A stretch of 64,000 nucleotides of DNA, taken from NCBI GenBank assembly GCA_963837505.1, contig CAWINN010000006.1, positions 30,826 to 94,825 of the forward strand. Reading direction: 5' to 3'. The notes under the pieces are model-generated. The model was not told where the DNA came from and searched no databases. It saw only the letters and a program-made list of their open reading frames with translations. Position numbers and translations under genes: made by a program. This stretch comes from an uncultured Saprospiraceae bacterium. Lineage in GTDB: Bacteria > Bacteroidota > Bacteroidia > Chitinophagales > Saprospiraceae. Shown piece after piece: positions 57,457 to 64,000 of this stretch (the first letter of the stretch is position 1; each line of letters starts with the position of its first letter).

Positions 57457-57571
57457 CAATGCCCCTAAATCCCCTAAAGGGGACTTCGCTGACACCATGA
57501 CGTAGGTCAACCTACGCCAAACAACCGCTGTTTCCACGGCTCCATGGCCATGGCCATGATCGAATAATAAC

Positions 57572-58673
57572 CTATGTTGTTTTGGCGTATTCGAGGGCGG
57601 CTTCCGTCTGGGAGAAACACATTTTGCACACCCGCTTTTGGGCTCCAAAACTCAGTAACTCAATATCGGAAGATAGAAACCCATCCTTAACGGGTTCTTC
57701 TTTCAGCAGATCGGTGCTCAGATATTTCTTATTACTGTCCGGAAAAACAGTGACTACTATTTTATCCTTGCCCCATTGGTTTTGTGCTTTAAGCGCCCCA
57801 AGAAAATTAGCGCCGGAAGAAATGCCCACTGCTAATCCCAACTGAGAGGCGAGTTGCTGCGCCATGAGGATGGCATCACCATCATCCACAGATATCACTT
57901 CATCCAGGTGGTCAAGATGGACAATGGCCGGAATGAATTCATCAGAGATGCCCTGAATTCTGTGTTTGCCCACTTTATATCCCGTCGTCAGGGTCGGAGA
58001 ATTGGCTGGTTCGAGCGGATGAATTTTGATGCGGGGGTCTTGTTCTTTCAAAAACCTACCCACGCCCATGACCGTGCCACCGGATCCAACACCGGCGACA
58101 AAAGCATGCGGGGCCTCATCATTGACTTTCATCTGGTACCAGATTTCCGGTCCCGTCGTTTGATAATGCGCTTCGGAGTTGTCTTCATTGGAAAACTGGC
58201 TGGAGACAAAACCGTCCTGTTTCTGCTGCAGCCTGATTGGCCATCTCGATACTGCCGAGAAAACCGCCTTCCTCTTTACTGACCAATGTAATTTTAGCCC
58301 CCATGCTCTTGATGAGGTTGATCCGTTCCACGCTCATCCAGTCCGGCATGAATATATGGACCTGGTGGCCTAATGCTCTGCCGATCGATGCTATGGAGAT
58401 GCCGGTATTGCCACTGGTCGCTTCGTAGATCGGCATGCCGGGTTGCAGCGTTCCTTTTTCGTAGCCATGGGTAATAATGTAATACGCCATGCGATCCTTG
58501 ATGCTGCCGGTCATGTTGAGACTTTCTGCTTTGGCATAGATCGTTCTATGCTCCCCTTTATACCTGAGCTGAATGGCCAATAGCGGTGTATTGCCGATTA
58601 AGCTTTTGAGTTCCCGGGCGCGATCAAATTTCATGTTTATGTTTTTTGGCGATAAATTATTTATCGATTGCAC
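57572..58673 (-). pseudogene. cysK: Cysteine synthase (PLP-dependent CysK/CysM family), split by a 1-nt frameshift near 58222-58240
   Basis: ORF 58185..58673 has NTPLL...[14 protein letters not shown] (PLP lysine) and [12 protein letters not shown]. The frame of 57572..58132 extends upstream as [31 protein letters not shown]...[12 protein letters not shown]. The two parts join if one G in AATCAGGCTGCAG is removed. Confidence 0.8.
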
Positions 58674-58960
58674 TGACTGCGGACTCTAAACTATTTAGTA
58701 GCTGCCGGGCAGGGCAGAACACAGGTCAGTGCGTGGTGTGATCTGGGTCAACCCCATCCCATTCATCGATATACTCGAATGGATCACCCCTGTGTTTTGA
58801 AATCCGAAAATTTCGTTGCCCTTATTTTCTCTTTCAACCACCCCGGTGAAAGAGGAATGATTACCATAAGTTACTGGTGTTGGTGGAGCATGATGACGCC
58901 ACCAGCGTGATAAGCGCAGTAGCACAGGGTAGAGCCCTGTAGGGCGAAGGGGTGGAAGGA

Positions 58961-59659
58961 TTACGCTATCTCCAGCGCCAGCAGCATCTGGGCCATACTC
59001 GCCTCTTCCCGGTCGACGGCCGATTGTTCGGCATGGGTGATGATATTGTCGCTGACGGAAAGGATGGAAAGAGCTTCAATATGATATTTCCTCGCGAGTG
59101 CATAGAGGATACTGGATTCCATCTCGATAGCTAACAGACCACGCCGCGTCCAGTCATCCCATCGATGGGGGTTATCATCATAAAAGATATCGGTACTAAA
59201 TATTTCACCCGACGTCACCCGGATATCCAGCCGGGCTGCGGCTTCAATCGCCTGGTTCAACAATCCTTCATGACAGCGGGCCGGTTGATCCATCGATGGA
59301 TGGAATAATAAATGAGTATGAGAATCGGTGTAGGCAGCAGTCCCCAGGATAAGCTGGTCGAGTTGGAGTCCGGGCTGAATAGCGCCGCAAGTACCGATGC
59401 GAATGATTTTTTTAACCCCATAAGCCACGATAAGCTCCTGTACATAAATAGCCGTCGATGGAATACCTATGCCGGTGCCCTGCACAGAAATGCGTTTGCC
59501 TTTGTACATGCCGGTATAGCCCAGCATATTCCGTATTTCCGAATAGCTTTTGACCTCCGTCAACATTTTTTCCGCCAGGTAGCGGGCCCGCAACGGATCG
59601 CCGGCTATGAGAACGGTTTCGGCAATATCGCCGGGCGCGGCACCAAGGTGTAGGCTCAT
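58961..59659 (-). CDS. deoD: Purine nucleoside phosphorylase, DeoD type
   Basis: HLGAAPGDIAETVLIAGDPLRARY, GKRISVQGTGIGIPSTAIYVQELI and LAIEMESSILYALA are classical DeoD motifs. 232 aa. Confidence 0.9.
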   Translation of the reverse strand: MSLHLGAAPGDIAETVLIAGDPLRARYLAEKMLTEVKSYSEIRNMLGYTGMYKGKRISVQGTGIGIPSTAIYVQELIVAYGVKKIIRIGTCGAIQPGLQLDQLILGTAAYTDSHTHLLFHPSMDQPARCHEGLLNQAIEAAARLDIRVTSGEIFSTDIFYDDNPHRWDDWTRRGLLAIEMESSILYALARKYHIEALSILSVSDNIITHAEQSAVDREEASMAQMLLALEIA

Positions 59660-59953
59660 CAGGCTTGTGTTTAGGTTGCTAATTACGATTAAGGGCGTCC
59701 CTATTAACCTATTTTCGATTAAAGAGCCCCTTTGATTATCAGCACTTTGTAAGAATTAAACATAAACAAATATTGGTTATTAGAAGCGCTCTTACTACTA
59801 AAAATTCTGGTTTAACCACAGGCCTAATGTCCTCAAAAATTCATATTAAAAACACTTAAATGAATTTTATTTTTACCCACTTTCCCTGAACACTCAACTG
59901 ATCAACATCTGAACCGTCAAGCAAATCAACCAACGCAAAAAGCAAAACCCAAA

Positions 59954-60601
59954 ATGATAAAACAACGATCAGCCGAACAAAGAAAACTCATCCATGTCAC
60001 CTGGGTGACCGGGTATTCCTTCCTGGCATCTGTCCTCGTGTTTACCTCCTCCATTTTTCTCGCCCCTATGCCTGATTTTTCCAAGGACCCGCCTATTATT
60101 TCGCAGTTGTTGATGACGTTTGGACAGATCAGCACCTCCCTGCTGATTATGGGATGCGTCGCATATGCTACCAAATTGACGGAAGAACGAAAAACGATGA
60201 GTTCGATCGGGTTCACCCTCATGTCCGTAGCCCAGGGCATTATCTTTGTGCTCTATCTCTTTTCCTTCAATGGGATTGAAAAATTTGAAGAAGCCTACCG
60301 GATATTTTCAGCGAGTATGTACCTGCTCGTTTTTGCTATATTATTAATTGCCTTCTTCAGTGAATTTCCTACCTGGCTAAAAATCGGGGGGATCATTTCC
60401 TGTCTTCCCTATGCAGTGGAAAATATTATTTACGCGATCGAAGGAAAAATCACCCCCATACTTCTTCATATTGACGGGATCGGAAACCTGCTTTTCAATT
60501 TTACGGTAGCCTGCTGGGGGATCATTATCCTGCGCCGGCTAAAGGTGGAATTAAACAAATTGGATCCATCGACAGGCATTGAACCATTGGCAGATCACTA
60601 A
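59954..60601 (+). CDS. Hypothetical integral membrane protein (about 6 TM)
   Basis: 215-aa ORF with 6 hydrophobic helices. No recognisable family. Confidence 0.6.
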   Translation: MIKQRSAEQRKLIHVTWVTGYSFLASVLVFTSSIFLAPMPDFSKDPPIISQLLMTFGQISTSLLIMGCVAYATKLTEERKTMSSIGFTLMSVAQGIIFVLYLFSFNGIEKFEEAYRIFSASMYLLVFAILLIAFFSEFPTWLKIGGIISCLPYAVENIIYAIEGKITPILLHIDGIGNLLFNFTVACWGIIILRRLKVELNKLDPSTGIEPLADH

Positions 60602-60754
60602 TCGTGAGGATTAATTTTAAGTTATTCATTGTTTCGGCTTAAACAACCCAAATACCTTAATCAGCAAAGTGAAATATGATTCCTGTTCAACTTCGCCCTT
60701 GAAGCAAATACCCAGGCTGATTATTACCTGGCCGAATAAAAAATATCATTGACC

Positions 60755-61156
60755 ATGTCTTTTTTCTCCAACCTTTTCTTCAATAACCGAGCCTCGGGAG
60801 AAACCGAGGTCCTGAATGCCGGCCTGGATATGGCCATGGAGTTCGGTGAAAATTTCCGGCAACCTATCCAGCAACGGCTGGCCAAAAAATTCAAATCACT
60901 GCGTCCGGAACAATTGGATCACTATCAGTCCGAATGCAGTACCGCTATGCACGCCGGGAATAATTTCGTCAATGAGGTGCTTGAAAAATTATGTGCGGCT
61001 CATCAAAAGATAAGGGAAGCGGAGCTGAAAAAACAATTGTCCGCTTTCATGACGAGCCGGTATCCCTGGATAAATAAAAACAACCTGGACCGGCTCTATA
61101 GTCAAAGCTGTTACTATGCATTTCGAAATGGGTATGATTCGGCTATACAATCGTGA
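60755..61156 (+). CDS. Hypothetical cytoplasmic protein
   Basis: 133-aa ORF from the ATG at 60755 (the listed start at 60749 is TTG). Helical, charged composition. No recognisable family. Confidence 0.5.
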   Translation: MSFFSNLFFNNRASGETEVLNAGLDMAMEFGENFRQPIQQRLAKKFKSLRPEQLDHYQSECSTAMHAGNNFVNEVLEKLCAAHQKIREAELKKQLSAFMTSRYPWINKNNLDRLYSQSCYYAFRNGYDSAIQS

Positions 61157-61426
61157 AATCAGGTACTAAAAACTGCAGCAAAAGGAGTCCGCATTTCCTG
61201 AGAAAAAAGTATTAATTACCCGAATACTGCGTCCCTTTCGGGGCTGCCGACCGCCTGCTACCTCCTGTCCGCGGTAGTCACGGGCTTTCAGTGCCAAAAC
61301 TATTTCCTGTCCGGGCTATGGAATTCTTCAGCCTTGCGGTACCTTCGGGCAGCATTCCCTCCCACCTGGTATCTCTAATAAAGGACCTTTATCTTCATTT
61401 TTATCGAACAGAACCAAATTTAAAAT

Positions 61427-64000
61427 ATGAAACGACTGTTAATTCTCTCTACTGTCTTGTTTTTTGGCGCCAGTGCCTTCGCCTGCCAGGCAGGTTTCAA
61501 CTGGGAACAACTCCCCAATACGCTGACCATACATTTTACCAGTACCTCTACGAGCGATCACGAGATTGTATCGTATGTATGGCATTTTGGTGATGGGCAA
61601 GACGGGGATGGCCAAAATCCTAACCATACCTACGCCCAGTCGGGCACCTATAACGCCTGCCTGATCATCACGGATAACGTGGGTTGTGTGAGTGACATTT
61701 GCCACATGGTTATGGTGGCTGCCGTATCGGGCGGGTGCCAGGCAAATTTTGGATATCAACAATTGCCCGGAACGCTGACCATCAATTTCAACAGCACCTC
61801 CACCAGCGAACATGAAATCATTTCCTATTTGTGGGATTTCGGTGACAATCATAGCGCCGACGGACCTAATCCAAGTCACACTTATTCCGAACCAGGAAAT
61901 TATACCGTTTGCCTGACCATCACCGATAATACCGGATGTGTGGATGAGGAATGTAATCTGGTTGTTGTTCAGCCCATTACTCCCGGCAATTGCGAAGCCG
62001 GTTTCAACTGGGAACAATTGCCGAATACCCTCACCATTCATTTTGCTAATACATCCACGAGTGAACATGACATCATCTCCTATATGTGGAATTTCGGGGA
62101 TGGACATAACGGTGACGGACAAAATCCAAATCATACCTATACACAATCCGGTACCTATACGGTATGTCTGACGATCACCGACAATACCGGATGCACAGAC
62201 TCTGTGTGCCACCAGGTGACGGTGGCCCCGGTTTCCTCCGGTGGTTGCCAATCTGATTTTGGATACCAGCAATTAGGGGGAACACTAACTATAAATTTCA
62301 CCAGTACGTCCACCAGTGAACATGAGATCATTTCCTATCTATGGAACTTTGGTGATGGACATACCGGCGACGGACCCAATCCAAGTCATACTTATTCCGA
62401 ACCTGGAAATTATACGGTTTGTCTGACGATTACGGATAATACCGGATGTGTGGATGAGGAATGTAACCTGGTCGTTGTTCAGCCCATTACGCCCGGCGAT
62501 TGTGAAGCCGGATTTACCTGGGAGCAAAGTCCTAATACGCTAACCATTAATTTCACCAGTACCTCGACGAGCGATCACGATATCACTTCCTACTTTTGGA
62601 ATTTCGGCGACAATCATACCGGTGACGGACAAAATCCTCATCATACCTATGCTCAACCCGGCACCTATACGGTTTGCCTGACGATCACGGATAATACCGG
62701 ATGCTCGAGTACGGTTTGTCATGAAGTGGTGGTTGAACAGATAGCTCCCGGAAATTGCATGGCCGATTTCAACTGGGAACAACTCAACAATACCTTAACC
62801 GAACATTTCCATAGTCTTTCTACCAGTGAACATGATATCACTTCTTATCTATGGGATTTCGGAGACGGGCATACCGGCGACGGACAAAATCCTTATCATA
62901 CGTATGATCAAGCCGGCACGTATACCGTATGTCTGACCATCACGGATAATACCGGGTGCACCAGCACCACTTGCCATGAGGTAGTGGTCAATCCTATTAC
63001 TCCGGGCAATTGTGAAGCTGGTTTTAATTGGGAACAATCCCCCAATACCCTGACCATTAATTTCAATAGTACGTCAACGAGCGAACACGACATCATCTCT
63101 TATATGTGGGATTTCGGAGACGGCCATAATGGTGACGGACAAAATCCTCACCATACATATGGAGAACCCGGCACCTACACCGTATGCCTGACCATAACCG
63201 ATAACACCGGTTGCACCAGTACGGTATGTCACGAAGTAGTGGTTGAACAAATAACTCCGGGCGATTGCCAGGCCGAGTTCAACTGGGAGCAACTCACGAA
63301 TACGCTCACAGAACATTTCCACAGTCTCTCTACCACGCAGCATGATATCACTTCCTACCTGTGGGACTTCGGAGATGGTCATACAGGAGATGGAGCCTTT
63401 CCGTATCACACGTATGATTCTGCAGGCGTATATACGGTTTGTCTGACTATCACGGACAATTCAGGTTGTGTCAGCACGATATGCCATGAGGTGGTGGTGA
63501 ATCCGTTTACTCCGGGCAATTGCCAGGCCGGATTCAACTGGGAGCAATATTCCGGTATATACACTGTCCATTTTACCAATACCTCCACGAGTGAACATGA
63601 GATCATTTCTTACCTGTGGAATTTTGGTGACGGCCATACCGGTGACGGACAAAATCCGAATCACATCTATGCCATGCCGGGCACGTACACAGTATGCCTG
63701 ACCATCGCGGACAATACGGGATGCACCAGCACCTTCTGCCAGGATATAGTGGTTCAACAAGTTCCGCCGGGAGATTGCCATGCAGAGTTTAACTGGGAGC
63801 AGTCCAATAATTCACTGACTGAATATTTCCATAGCCTATCTACCACGCAGCACGATATCACATCCTACCTGTGGGATTTTGGAGATGGCCACATGGGCGA
63901 CGGAGCAAATCCTCACCATACATATGAGCAACCTGGCACCTACACCGTATGCCTGACCATCACCGATAATTCAGGATGTACCAGTACGACATGCCATGAG
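61427..64000 (+). CDS. Secreted protein made of at least 10 tandem PKD-like repeats (3' partial, runs off the window)
   Basis: ATG at 61427 gives MKRLLILSTVLFFGASAFA. The frame then stays open to the window end, so it is absent from the ORF track. About 85-aa units: FNWEQLPNTLTIHF.STSTSEHDI.SY.WDFGDGH.GDGQNP.HTY..PGTYTVCLTITDNTGC....C..VVV. Confidence 0.85.
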   Translation, partial: MKRLLILSTVLFFGASAFACQAGFNWEQLPNTLTIHFTSTSTSDHEIVSYVWHFGDGQDGDGQNPNHTYAQSGTYNACLIITDNVGCVSDICHMVMVAAVSGGCQANFGYQQLPGTLTINFNSTSTSEHEIISYLWDFGDNHSADGPNPSHTYSEPGNYTVCLTITDNTGCVDEECNLVVVQPITPGNCEAGFNWEQLPNTLTIHFANTSTSEHDIISYMWNFGDGHNGDGQNPNHTYTQSGTYTVCLTITDNTGCTDSVCHQVTVAPVSSGGCQSDFGYQQLGGTLTINFTSTSTSEHEIISYLWNFGDGHTGDGPNPSHTYSEPGNYTVCLTITDNTGCVDEECNLVVVQPITPGDCEAGFTWEQSPNTLTINFTSTSTSDHDITSYFWNFGDNHTGDGQNPHHTYAQPGTYTVCLTITDNTGCSSTVCHEVVVEQIAPGNCMADFNWEQLNNTLTEHFHSLSTSEHDITSYLWDFGDGHTGDGQNPYHTYDQAGTYTVCLTITDNTGCTSTTCHEVVVNPITPGNCEAGFNWEQSPNTLTINFNSTSTSEHDIISYMWDFGDGHNGDGQNPHHTYGEPGTYTVCLTITDNTGCTSTVCHEVVVEQITPGDCQAEFNWEQLTNTLTEHFHSLSTTQHDITSYLWDFGDGHTGDGAFPYHTYDSAGVYTVCLTITDNSGCVSTICHEVVVNPFTPGNCQAGFNWEQYSGIYTVHFTNTSTSEHEIISYLWNFGDGHTGDGQNPNHIYAMPGTYTVCLTIADNTGCTSTFCQDIVVQQVPPGDCHAEFNWEQSNNSLTEYFHSLSTTQHDITSYLWDFGDGHMGDGANPHHTYEQPGTYTVCLTITDNSGCTSTTCHE

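Noticed and set aside
58674-58960. SAM-I riboswitch upstream of cysK
   Set aside because: I looked for the CUUAUCAAGAG...GGUGCCAAAUCC...AGAUAAG core. Only a fortuitous CTTATCA was present and the rest does not align, so this is kept only as a low-interest unknown-leader finding.
61439-63781. Series of minus-strand ORFs (277, 62, 80, 62, 111, 66 and 106 aa) opposite the PKD-repeat gene
   Set aside because: They are antisense to a continuous plus-strand frame with clear PKD motifs and a signal peptide. Their periodic similarity simply mirrors the DNA repeats.
1-64000. Mobile genetic elements (IS, integrase, prophage), tRNA/rRNA genes, toxin-antitoxin or defence-system genes
   Set aside because: I found no transposase, integrase, nuclease or ATPase signature motifs in any long ORF and no cloverleaf-like sequences in the intergenic regions I read. 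The repeats present are non-autonomous.

Overview
This 64 kb window looks like a chromosomal segment of a Bacteroidota genome. At least 8 proteins end in a T9SS C-terminal sorting domain (the xxPNPxxxxx beta-sandwich tail), there is a SusC/SusD pair, and many genes encode lipoproteins. GC is in the mid-40s. Saprospiraceae or Chitinophagia-like is only a guess.

I support about 45 protein genes and saw no rRNA, tRNA, CRISPR array, transposase or integrase.

**Coding content**
- Large secreted T9SS cargo proteins dominate: SprB-repeat, PKD-repeat, cohesin/dockerin-like, beta-helix, BNR/sortilin-like and a gingipain-like protein.
- Housekeeping genes are scattered between them: mobA, malic enzyme, deoD, cysK, an SDR, a GNAT, tricorn protease, a KirBac channel and OmpA.

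**Most notable observations**
1. An 888-aa protein followed by a flavoprotein has the layout of a lodA/lodB-type quinoprotein oxidase operon. Two copies of a dyad-symmetric site sit between the two genes.
2. The intergenic DNA is unusually repeat-rich.
   - It carries 6-, 7- and 9-nt tandem arrays at gene boundaries.
   - A conserved ~50-nt element, 8 copies in the window, is embedded in (AATCGTG)n arrays.
   - Families of short GC hairpins show compensatory substitutions.
   - Two adjacent long noncoding tandem arrays occur at 43.5-44.9 kb, one of 267 bp x3 and one of 182 bp x2.6.
3. Three genes are interrupted by single-nucleotide frameshifts. One of these lies inside a hexanucleotide repeat that encodes the signal peptide.
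4. A ferritin-like / TPR / membrane / porin gene cluster has no known function.

All functional calls rest on motif recognition by eye. No database search was possible.
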